Source of the DNA: Macrostomum lignano
Taxonomy: Eukaryota
Direction of reading: 5' to 3'
Length of the DNA stretch: 64,000 nt
Assembly: GCA_002269645.1 (NCBI GenBank)
Contig: NIVC01002359.1
Span: 1 to 64,000 of the forward strand
This document shows positions 25,151-36,800 of this stretch, one piece after another. The notes beneath the pieces were generated by a model. The model saw nothing but the letters and a program-made list of their open reading frames with translations. It did no database searches and was not told the origin of the DNA. The first letter of the stretch is position 1, and every line of letters starts with the position of its first letter. The translations under genes and the position numbers were made by a program.

Positions 25151-27913
25151 CAATGTAATTTTCACTTTGTATATGAGTTTTCTTGCCTTTTTCTTTTTTC
25201 TTTTCTTTCTTTTTCTCTTTTCTTTCCCCTCTCTTCTCCCTCCTTTCTTTTCCTTTTCTCTTCCTCTCTTCTTCTCCCAATTTTTTTGTTTTTGTATTTT
25301 TAATTTTGCAACTTACCTTGACTAGCAGCCATTTTACCCATCTAGTTTGGATGGGTTGGACAGGTGTTGGGCATGTATGATCCAGTGACAATCAATTTAG
25401 CAATAGTCAATCTAGCAATAAGATATAATACAAGGTAAATAAGCTATTAAATTAACAATTTAGGCTTAGTATTTATACAGATTATTAAGGCTATACTAGG
25501 CCTTGTTATTATGTTTATTGATATTAAATTTTGCAAGTGTTTATCTACTATGCAGAATTTGTTAAATAATAAAAGTCACAACTATATTGCATTCTCCTTT
25601 GTATTTTTAGTATAGCAAATACATGAAAATTGCAATGCAATTACTATTTTTTGGTTTTTTGATTCTCAAATATTGTTAAAAGTAAAAAGAATCTTAATGA
25701 TTAGGGCCTAATTGCCTTAAAGCTTTATATTTGTATAGTTTATATACAACAACAAATATAAATAACTAAAATAGGTCTAATTTATAAGTAATATACATGT
25801 CGTAGGGGTTTGCTTCCCTCTTTTAGCTATTCCACTAATGCCACCAAGTTGTAATAGGCTAAAGCTTCTCTCTATTAAAAAATCCTACTAAGGTCACCAA
25901 AGTTGTAACAGGGCTTAACTTCTATTTTTATAAATGTTGGTAGCTGCCACAAAGACTATTCTATTAATAAATTATAAGTTTATTATTTTTATAATAAGTC
26001 TGAGAAATGTTTCTTATAATTAGTCTAAGTATATATCTGAGTAGTTGTCTAAGTATTATTCTTAGTATTATTCTTGGTATACAAGTTGTGTTCTACTGTT
26101 ATTATGATAGCATTCTACTATTATTCTGGCCTGAGCAGTGTATTGGTTTATTGGTAGATATTCTGCATGTACATTTTGAATTGCATGTACTTTTAGTCCT
26201 GGATTTTACAGAGATCAGAGGGTCACAGCCTCTAGTTATTCTTGCATGTATCAATTTAGGATCTACTTCATATTCTCCTACTACTTAACATTTCTGCCTC
26301 TCAGTAGTAGTATATTCAGTATATGCTTTAGTCTATTTCACTTTGCTTTGCAAATAATTAACTTGGAAAACAATCTTCAATAACATTTACTTGGTACTCT
26401 TACTATTTGATACTGGCCTACTTCCTTAAGGAACCGCAATGCGCAAGGTAGGTCTCTCCTTTGCCAAAAATGCTTCTATTTATACTAAATTTAATGCTAG
26501 TTTAAACAAAAATTAATTTGCATAAAATATTATGAACATACATGCGCAACCCCCCTGATTTACACTGGCCATGCGACTTACTTTTTAACAAAAAATGCGA
26601 CTTACCTGCAAAAGAAACCTTAACGCAATTTTGGGTAAACGGCAGGAGTAACTATGACTGTCTTATTAGGCTAAATGCCTCGTCATCTAATTAGTACTCC
26701 ATCTGTATTCTTCAGGCTGGGCAGTTTTGCGACTTACCCCTGTTCCACCACAATTTACGGTGGCCAGATCGGCCAGGTCGGCCAGCAGTTGCGCATGTAT
26801 GCTTATGAAAAATATGTGTATTATAACAAATGTGTTTTCTTAGATTTGGCACGCATGCAAAATGAGTTATACAATTATCAATTTTGTCCCACAATGTTGA
26901 AAAATGAGTTCCCTAATAGTTCATAGCCACTGATAAAGATCATAAACTTGCTTTAATTGAAAAGATAAACATTTCATATAATTTGGTTAGCCTAGGTGTA
27001 TTTAATATGATGGGTCCACACTTTTATGTAATATCTAGCTTTATAGCTAAAACAACCTAAATGTTAATCAGGGCTTAATACAAATATTTAACTAGTTAGG
27101 CTATCTCATTGTATATTAACCAATGATAGCTAGAAATGAAATTTGCATATATTATTTACTTCATGTGCATTTACTGCATGTCATAGCATTATCAATTCTT
27201 ATAGTATACATAAAGGAAACAACATTTTTTTTCTTAATCAGATTTACAAAGTATTAATAACACCTAATTTTACTAATATTCTTAAATATTAGTAAATAAT
27301 GTCCAATATCCAAATATCCAATTATCTTTTTGAAAGACTTTATCTTAAAAGTTTTTATTTACTTTTTCAATTCTTTTGCTAATTTATAATCATAGAATAG
27401 AACAGCTATAACTACTAAGCTAATCAATAATATTTTATTCTATTTCATTTTTTATAGATAATATTTAGTAATCCTAGGCTTAATTATGTATATTTGTCCT
27501 ATTTCATTAAAATCTATCTAGGCAATATTATAGTTATATTATATAGAAAATTAGCAATGACTATCTAAATTTAAATTAACAACAAAATTTTGGAATCAAT
27601 TATAACTTAACTTTAACTTTAATTATAACTTTAACTTGTTCATTTGCCAACAAACAAAAAAACTAAAAATCACTATGTATCAACTAAAAAGTAAAGTCAC
27701 ATAGTAAAGATCAAATAAAACATATTAAAACAAAAAAACAGCTATTTAAAATTTTAATATCAAGCTTCTTATATATGCCATGGCCAATATGGCAATATAA
27801 TACTATAGACAATATAATAATAGTATATTTGGCAATTATATGCCCACCTAAGTTAGACAAAAAATTTCTATACCTAGCCTATTTTAAGGCTTAAGATAGG
27901 CCTATCTGGCTTC

Positions 27914-28093
27914 AAGTGGCGCAATCAAGGGGAGGGGTGGCAGTTGCCCCTCTTAGGCAAACACCAAAAAAAAATCGAAGGGGAGACAAAGCAAATTTTT
28001 GCCTAAAACAGAGCCACTTCTCCACCTCCCTTCCCAGGTCTTTATCCTTTAGAATCTACCCTCCTCCTTAAAAAATTTCTGGTTGCACTACTA
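27914..28093. mobile_element. Degenerate MITE
   Basis: AAGTGGCGCAATC...GGTTGCACTACT imperfect inverted termini, with G-rich and C-rich subterminal blocks. Confidence 0.4.
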
Positions 28094-28573
28094 CTGGCTT
28101 CTAGTCAATCTAGAGACAAGACAATCTAGCATTAGAAAACCCGGCAAGAGTCAGATTGGCAACAGATGATCTGGCAATAGATTTTTTGTAGATTTTATAG
28201 ATTTTAGGACTGTATCTAATGTTTTCTACATGTATATAACATTTTTATTCTAATCTAAGATATGTCAATCCTAAACTCCTAATGTAAGTTACTATAATAA
28301 ACAAATTTTATCTTCTAAGCTAAAATTTTCTAGCTATTTATTATATAATACAAATATGTATGTACAGGGCCCCTCCCGATTCTTTTACAAAATTTAAGCA
28401 ATAATCTCTTGAATACACCTGCCATTCCATTGATGCTGTCGTCTTAATTCTTTTGACAAGGTGTTGAAAAAATTGGTTTTAAAGAAAAAACCAATTGAAT
28501 AAAAAACAATCGTTTAAATTAATACAAAGTTTTTTATCCAATCAGTGCCATAAAAGCTGCCCCCCAACGACAC

Positions 28574-29749
28574 ATGGAGTTTCATGTTACTTGCGGCAGG
28601 CACAAAAAGCTGGTATCTGTCAACTGTCTTAACAGCTTAGAATCGGCCATCTGCAGTCGTTTCCATGTTCGCCAGCCGCTGCTGTTGCAGCGCTGGCATG
28701 ACGCCTACGCTGACTGGCTTGATGTCGAATTTCCAATAGCTGATGATAATGAGCTGCAGGCTAATACACGATTATTGGCTATACCACTGACACCTCCGCC
28801 GTCAACTTCTGCTGCTTCTGCCGCTACCTCATTTGTTGTTAGCACCAACAATCATAACAGTAATGAGGCTTTAATAGAATGCGATGACTCGTTGCCTAGC
28901 GATACTGCTTTATCTTCCTGTCTGCCGCAGCAGCAGCAGAAGGCTTCGCCGCCTCCGCCATTGTCAGTGTCGCTTTCATTGCCATTGTCTCTGCTGCCGC
29001 CGCCGCCACCGCCTCCGCAGCAGGTGACGGTGTCAACGCCAACGCCGACTCAATCGCCAACGCCATCCGTTGACTGTTCAGCACCGGCCTCGGCCGACCA
29101 GCCTAGCAACTGGCCATCTCCATTCGTCATTCCCGTTGACCGGTTCGACCCGTCATTATCGGCCGCCGTGTTTAACGCTGGCGGAGGCGGGGCGCTTAGC
29201 CGGGACGAATTGACCCGCCTGTTGGATATTCTGTTCCAGCAGATTCGCCAGTACACCTTCTATCCAAAGACCAGTCAGTACGCCGAGGTGGCCGAAGCTC
29301 TTCTGTCGCTTTATCCTCAACTGGACGAAGGCCTGCCACCAGAGGACGCCTTGTCGCTTTGGAAGAATCGACTGAGTCAAAAATTTCGCAACTGTCGCAA
29401 ACGCGGTGTTGGTTTCACCGACGAGGAAAAGGCTCGATTCTATGCCCGAAGGCCTCCAACCGCCGCCTCCTCAGTCGCATCGTCTAGTGGCAATTTAAAG
29501 CGAATTAAACTCGCTAAAAGCTCTTTCACAGCAGCAGCAGCGGCAGCAGCAATTTCTATTGAACCGTCGCCATCGTCAGAAGAAGTTGACGATTACGATG
29601 GTCGCTGCGTTCTTAATTATCCGACTAATTGCACAGCAGGTGGCGCCCAGGGCGCTAAAATTGGCGGAAGCGAGGACAATAATGTGGCATTCGGATCGGA
29701 GTTTAGAAATTCTGAATTGCTGAACGGTATCGGAGCGTTTGGTCTGTGA
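28574..29749 (+). CDS. Uncharacterised single-exon ORF, 391 aa: small N-terminal globular domain, Pro/Ser linker, SAMD3-like helical domain
   Basis: Uninterrupted GC-rich ORF with an acceptor-like TTTTATCCAATCAG just upstream. The segment PFVIP..F....L....L.DILFQQIRQYTFYP....Y.EVAEALL..YP.L......WK..L..KF.N.RK fits the pattern I recall from SAMD3-like uncharacterised metazoan proteins. The family call is from memory and needs a profile search. Confidence 0.6.
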   Translation: MEFHVTCGRHKKLVSVNCLNSLESAICSRFHVRQPLLLQRWHDAYADWLDVEFPIADDNELQANTRLLAIPLTPPPSTSAASAATSFVVSTNNHNSNEALIECDDSLPSDTALSSCLPQQQQKASPPPPLSVSLSLPLSLLPPPPPPPQQVTVSTPTPTQSPTPSVDCSAPASADQPSNWPSPFVIPVDRFDPSLSAAVFNAGGGGALSRDELTRLLDILFQQIRQYTFYPKTSQYAEVAEALLSLYPQLDEGLPPEDALSLWKNRLSQKFRNCRKRGVGFTDEEKARFYARRPPTAASSVASSSGNLKRIKLAKSSFTAAAAAAAISIEPSPSSEEVDDYDGRCVLNYPTNCTAGGAQGAKIGGSEDNNVAFGSEFRNSELLNGIGAFGL

Positions 29750-29789
29750 GACTGCTAGCGAGCGAGTTAATTATCAGCGAGTTTATTAC

Positions 29790-29852
29790 CTGACCCGCAG
29801 CCATGAGCTGGATTTTCTATTTGGCCCTTGAGGTAAAGTTTGCTGACCCCTG
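29790..29852 (-). mobile_element. hAT-Charlie-type terminal fragment
   Basis: Minus strand CAGGGGTCAGCAAACTTT...AAGGGCCAAATAG...GCTGCGGGTCA closely follows the Charlie/MER58-type terminus (CAGGGGTCGGCAAACTTT...AAGGGCCAGATAG...TTTGCGGGCCA) as I recall it. No partner end was found. Confidence 0.6.
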
Positions 29853-30099
29853 GCCGTAGTACAAGTGGGGAATAAATGCCATACAAGTACTTAATTAGGT
29901 AACTATGGCTCAATATATTCTGATTGTCATTTATTTGTCTAATCCACAGATAATAGAATAGCCAGATGTGCCACTTGCGAAAATGTACCCATCTAATGTA
30001 ATCTTTTTTATTACAGTTTTTGAAGCTGCAAAAATCTCTGGCTTTCTACAAGCTAGCTCATTAAATTAGCATCTTCATTCTGTTTTACCGACTCAAGAC

Positions 30100-30480
30100 G
30101 GAAAAAGGGGTGGCGCCCCAGTCCCCAGCAGAGCCGATGAACAGTTGAGCTTCCTCTTGCACGCTTGTGTCTGAATTTGACCTCTTCTCCTTACTGCTCT
30201 CTCATTGGCTGGGCTAGATTAGGCCTGCCCCCTAGGCTGAGTTTCGTCCGTCTAACTTCGACCTCTTCTCCTTACTGTTCTCTCATTGGCTGGGCCAGCC
30301 CCCTAGGCTGAGTTTCGTCCGTCTAACTTCGACCTCTTCTCCTTACTGTTCTCTCATTGGCTGGGCCAGCCCCCTAGGCTAAGTTTCGTCCGTCTAACTT
30401 CGACCTCTTCTCCTTACTGCTCTTTCATTGGCTGGGACTGCCCCCTAGGCTAAGTTTCGTCCCTCTAACTTCGACCTCCT
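30100..30480 (-). repeat. Inverted relative of the 14275-14700 element, with shorter tandem units
   Basis: Repeated CTAGGCTGAGTTTCGTCC...CTCATTGGCTG units. Confidence 0.7.
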
Positions 30481-32181
30481 CTCCTTACTGCTCTCTCATT
30501 GGCTGAGCTAAATTTGGCCTGCCTAACCGTTTCATAAGTCATTTAATTCTGGGTTTCTTTAAGCTAAGCGTCAGAATCGCTGCCATTCGGTAATTTTAGT
30601 TCAAATTAAGCCATTTTTTCTGAAATCTATCGCATACCCACAAACAACTCATTTTTAGTATATGAAGATTTAGTATATTTAGATTTTCAGAAGCCGTCTG
30701 GCAACAAGCCAAAAAAGTTTAAAATCGACTAAAATGTCGACATCCATACCCTGCCCTACCCTTTACACTGCTGAGTCCCTCTAACCCACAGAAATTGCAG
30801 AAGTCTGCAGACTCCCATATTTACAGATTACTAGAATTTGATAATTGATACAAGACTTAAAATCCTAACAATATTTAATAGTTATAAAATTATTGATACT
30901 GCGAATGAAATATGAACTAAAAATAGGGAACTTAAATTAAATAGCATCCACGTTTCCTAACAGGGTGTCAAAATGGAAATTTATGTGTTCTAATAGACAC
31001 TAGCTGTGACACTAAACTGCCTATTTTCTCCTTATGGGAATTATAACAAGTTTATTATTTTTTACTATAAAATGAAAGTTTTTAAATAAAACATTTCTCT
31101 GTTTGTTTGCGCGAGTATTTTACTTTTGTCGTTCAGGTCCACTGTGTGTCAATTAATAACTTCGTATAACTGTTATCCTATTGTAACGCAACGTCATTAT
31201 TATTTTGTATTGTTTATTATACTTGGACTTATGTATACTATTTGTTTTTTTCTTAGCAAATCTTGTCATTTTTGTCTAAGTCTCATTTTTTCATTCGAGT
31301 CGAGTATTTCAAATTGAATTTTTGTGTGTTTATTCGAATTTATCGAATTATATCAATTTATAGCTGTATTTTTCCTTTCTCGCTACTTGTGCCGCGCTTG
31401 TATAGTAGTCAAAATAGCACATTACCCGGAATTTCTTTTGGCCATTTGGCGCTATATCTCAGCACTACTCTGTTAGTGCTTAATGAACACTTTTTTCTTT
31501 TCTATATTGCATTTTCTGTTGTTGAACGCGTCTCAGTGTAGTTTTTGTTCGATTCTTTTCTGTTAGGCCTTCAATAAAAGTACAATATCTAATAATCATT
31601 TCTTGGTAGCCAATTTGTTCACTTATACAAGTCGCTATTGCGTACGAGTACCAATAAGGTAAATGCCGCTGTCTTGCTAAGTTAAACGTCTGTCCGACCT
31701 AGTATAACTGTGCTGTAGGCCTATTGTGCATTTTCTAATTTGTTTTCACCTTTTCTGTCACTGTTTAACTGCCTGTATTAGACTTTTTGCGTACTGGTAA
31801 AGCGTGGAATATATTATAATAACAATGTGGTGCAAGGTCCCATTGTCAGTCAATGGTAAGGGCAATCAGATTCGGTATGAACTTGCAATATCGGGTTGGG
31901 CTTTTCAATGATCAGTATTCATTATTATACAATAATTGCTAATGTATCTACGTGCAACCTCTGATGCTTATCAGTGTCGCAATCTCTTTCTATTGTCAAC
32001 TTTTTCTCTTCTGTTTGACTTTTTATTGGCTGTGCAATTTTTCTATGGGGAATTGCGGCCTGTTGTTAGACTTGTTTTTAGTCTATATATTGCGTTTCTT
32101 ATACTCTTGTCTAACAAGACTTATCAAAGTAAATTTGCATATGGCTGGGATAAAATGCTAGTCTATCATTTTTGCATGCAT

Positions 32182-32570
32182 GACCATAGTGGCAACAGTA
32201 GTCCATGGCTTCTTATGACCATAGTGGCAACAGTAGTCCATGGCTCCTTATGACCATAGTGTCAACAGTAGTCCATGGCTCCTTATGACCATAGTGGCAA
32301 CAGTAGTCCATGGCTCCTTATGACCATAGTGTCAACAGTAGTCCATGGCTCCTTATGACCATAGTGGCAACAGTAGTCCATGGCTTCTTATGACCATAGT
32401 GTCAACAGTAGTCCATGGCTCCTTATGACCATAGTGTCAACAGTAGTCCATGGCTCCTTATGACCATAGTGGCAACAGTAGTCCATGGCTTCTTATGACC
32501 ATAGTGTCAACAGTAGTCCATGGCTCCTTATGACCATAGTGGCAACAGTAGTCCATGGCTCCTTATGACA
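32182..32570. repeat. 35-bp minisatellite
   Basis: GACCATAGTGKCAACAGTAGTCCATGGCTYCTTAT units. Confidence 0.93.
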
Positions 32571-33159
32571 ATGACAGAAGTAGTAGTATGTGTCCGTTTG
32601 ATTATGATTAAAATCGTAGTCCGCCTATGACGATAGTGGTATGAATCCAAGTAACCATAATGGAAACCGCAGTTACTTTTATTAATTCTGTCTGAATGCC
32701 AAACATTATTCTTGTTAAGCTCTAGTTACTATGCTGTCCCTACTTTAACAGGTTCGTCTAGATGAGTTTGTCATTTTCTTTGAGAACCATGTGATTTATC
32801 TGTTTTACTGTTCCGTGCTTTTGTTAAAATTTCATATACAAGTGTAATTGGTATAGAGCCAAGTGTATTTGTGAGTCTACAGAAAAATACTATTTATTAT
32901 TTCAGTATCCTCGTATGCTCTTATCAGCAAACTTATCTCATTCTCTTGTTTTCAATTTTCCTGTGCTATACTGTGCGCTCTGTTAAAAATCAAAAGTTTT
33001 TCTATGTTGGTGTACACCTATTCTATCTGATGTTAAATTTGTTTTGGCTTTGATAATTTTTATTCTTTTCCTAATTCAGAAGGTGGTGTTTAGTTCCTAG
33101 AATTGCATCAATGTCGCATTGTCCTTTAACTAATGCGGGAATCATCTTTAAACCATTCC

Positions 33160-33495
33160 GTCAGTCATCCTTAAACCATTCCAGCAATCATCCTTAAACC
33201 ATTCCAGCAATCATCCTTAACCGATTCCAGCAATCATCCTTAACCGATTCCAGCAATCATCCTTAACCGATTCCAGCAGTCATCCTTAACCGATTCCAGC
33301 AATCATCCTTAACCGATTCGAGCAGTCATCCTTAACCGATTCGAGCAGTCATCCTTAACCGATTCCAGCAGTCATCCTTAACCGATTCCAGCAATCATCC
33401 TTAACCGATTCGAGCAGTCATCCTTAACCGATTCGAGCAGTCATCCTTAACCGATTCCAGCATTCATCCTTAACCGATTCCAGCAATCATCCTTG
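33160..33495. repeat. 23-bp minisatellite
   Basis: CAATCATCCTTAACCGATTCCAG units. Confidence 0.93.
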
Positions 33496-33808
33496 AACCT
33501 TGAAGTTGAAGTCTTTGAAGTCGTTAAAATCCTTGATGCAATTGTATTTTTTAGTGAAACACTGAAACGTTTATAAAAACCAGCTTATGCTTAATAAGCT
33601 AAGGTCAATAAAAGGTCGTTAATATGCATAAGGTCATTGTTAATTTCGCAAAGAAGTATTGATCCTTTAGTTAGCGACATAAGACCTTATGCTAGAAATA
33701 TACCATAGCTACTCGTAGCGGACAATAAAGCAGCATTTATTGCTATTTCCGCTAATGCTCGCCTTTAGAAATCTCGCGCCTGAGTGTTAGCCCGGTAACG
33801 CGCTAGAG

Positions 33809-36800
33809 ATGAACGGAGGAGTAGCTGAAGCCGTCTCAGACGCCAACGCCAGCAACAGCACCAATAATGGATGCCGTCTCTACCTGGACGATCTAGTAGT
33901 TCGACTGGATCGCGACAGGCGCTACGCCGATATCGGCATAGTGGAGGTTGAAGATTACGAAGACGCACCGTCGGAGGAGCCACGGCTTAATCCATCCGTT
34001 GACTGGCTGTGCAGCGGCGCTACCGGCGAGCTCGACCCGACTCAGGTTGCCGCCACGCCAGCCGATTTTAGTAACCATAGCGGCGCCGAGCCTGTTGTTA
34101 GCATTGTTGATAGGGCCTTCTCGACTGGCGACGCGGTCAGATGGGCCAACGACGAGGCTGGACAAGCTGGCACTGTTGAGGCCACGCGACGCCAGTGCCA
34201 CCTGTACGTGCCCGGCTATAGCAGGTTGATTGCCGGGGTCTCGGCTGATCGTATCCTGTGCGGCAATGTGAGTCTAGCTCAGATTATTCAATTCGTTTAT
34301 TGGTATGGTAGTTCGACCATCCAGTGTACGCTTTGAATTTCCCATCGCACATGCTAGGATTTCCCATCGTACATGGTAGGATTTCCCATCGTATATGGTA
34401 GGATTTCCCATCGTACATGGTAGGATTTCCCATCGTATATGGTAGGATTTCCCATCGTACATGGTAGGATTTCCCATCGTACATGGTAGGATTTCCCATC
34501 GTACATGGTAGGATTTACCATCGTACATGGTAGGATTTACCATCGTACATGGTAGGATTTCCCTTCGTATATGGTAGGATTTCCCATCGCACATGGTAGG
34601 ATTTCCCTTCGTATGGGGTAGGATTTCCCATCGCACATAGTAAGAATTTCAATTTGTACATGATAGGATTTTTTGTACATGGTAGGATTTCCCTTTGTAC
34701 TGGTACATAGTAAGATCCCAATCGAACTCGTACATGGTAGGATACATGGTAGGATTTCCCATCGTACATGGTAGGATTTCCCATCGTATATGGTAGGATT
34801 TCCCTTCGTATATGGTAGGATTTCCCATCGTACATAGTAGGATTTCCCTTCGTATATGGTAGGATTTCCCATCGCACATAGTAAGAATTTCAATTTGTAC
34901 ATAATAGGATTTTTTTGTACATGGTAGGATTTCCCATCGCACATAGTAAAGAATTTCAATTTTACATGGTAGGATTTCCCTTTGTACTGGTAGATAGTGA
35001 GATTCCCAATCGAACTGGTACATGGAAGGATTTCCCATCGTACATGGTAGGATTTCCCATTGCACATAGTAAGAATTTCAATTTGTACATGATAGGATTT
35101 TTTTGTACATTTTGTACATGGATTTCCCTTTGTACTGGTACATAGTGATATTCCCAATCGAATGGAAGGATTTCCCATCGTACATGGTAGGATTTCCCAT
35201 TGTACATGGTAGGATCCCCTATCGTACACGTTAGGGAAACGCTATAGTGGTTTTGGAAGACAGAATTAAGTGTCTTGCTCAAGGACACAAATTGTTCCAG
35301 TCGGATCGGGAATCGAACCCCCGACCTTCAAGTCGTGAGTCCGCCACTCTAACCACTAGGAAGTTTTAAAAAGAAACGAACTCCCTTGCCTTTGATTGAC
35401 AGTTCATTGACGAACTCGGTCGCCAATCAGTCCAGTACGACGGCTGGTACGGCTCTGTGCAGTCCATATCGCGGGAACTGGTGGAACTCAAATTTGTCGA
35501 CGGCTCCGTGTAAGCTGCTTGCCTCATTATTATTTGGTGTTTAATATTCGAATACGCAACCGGCTACTTAGATTAAGTAGCTTCCTTTGTCAGCATGAAG
35601 AAGCTTAATTACGAGTATTTGAAACTTAAAATAGCTAGCATTTATGCCCCCTCTTTTACATTCGCGATAATAACTTATGCTAGCGGGATAGTTCGACTTT
35701 TATATAGATTTTTATTGCATCTGATTTATAATTCATTGATTTTGCTAAACCCGCCCACACAGCTCTGTGAACTGAGCGATCAAAGATTTTTTTCGAAATT
35801 TATTGCCTGCAATTAATTTATGATTGCATTGAGAAGAGAAATCTCACGATCTTTCTTATTTAATATTAATTATTGAATTTGAATCATTTTAATTTCCTGT
35901 CGCCTCTGTAATCTTAGCCGTCTGGTACTCAGCTGGGAGTCTCGGAAATGAATTAATGTGCATGACAATTGTGTTAGGGACTTTTGTAGGATTTAATGAA
36001 AGTCATTAATTTGGTCTCTGTGGAGCAATGCTAACCCCATACTCGTAATTCATGTAGGTTCCTAATACATCAGCATTCGGGGCACTGCAGGGTCCTCACC
36101 TTCATATAGCTGGTCATTGTGCAGGGTCCTCACCTTCATATAGCTGGTCATTGTGCAGGGTCCTCACTTTCATATAGCTGGTCATTGTGCAGGGTCCTCA
36201 CCTTCATATAGCTGGTCATTGTGCAGGGTCCTCACTTTCATATAGCTGGTCATTGTGCAGGGTCCTCACCTTCATATAGCTGGTCATTGTGCAGGGTCCT
36301 CACCTTCATATAGCTGGTCATTGTGCAGGGTCCTCACCTTCATATAGCTGGTCATTGTGCAGGGTCCTCACCTTCATATAGCTGGTCATTGTGCAGGGTC
36401 CTCACTTTCATATAGCTGGTCATTGTGCAGGGTCCTCACCTTCATATAGCTGGTCATTGTGCAGGGTCCTCACCTTCATATAGCTGGTCATTGTGCAGGG
36501 TCCTCACTTTCATATAGCTGGTCATTGTGCAGGGTCCTCACTTTCATATAGCTGGTCATTGTGCAGGGTCCTCACCTTCATATAGCTGGTCATTGTGCAG
36601 GGTCCTCACCTTCATATAGCTGGTCATTGTGCAGGGTCCTCACCTTCATATAGCTGGTCATTGTGCAGGGTCCTCACCTTCATATAGCTGGTCATTGTGC
36701 AGGGTCCTCACCTTCATATAGCTGGTCATTTTGCAGGGTCCTCACCTTCATATAGCTCATTATTCTGCAACGATCATTGTATGTCAGCTACGAGTATATT

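Noticed and set aside
26564-26932. CpG-rich patch with GCGACTTACC (U1-like) motifs and weak 12-bp inverted ends
   Set aside because: Too short for U1 snRNA homology, and the TIR match is weak with no TSD. Probably a TE remnant, but not supportable.
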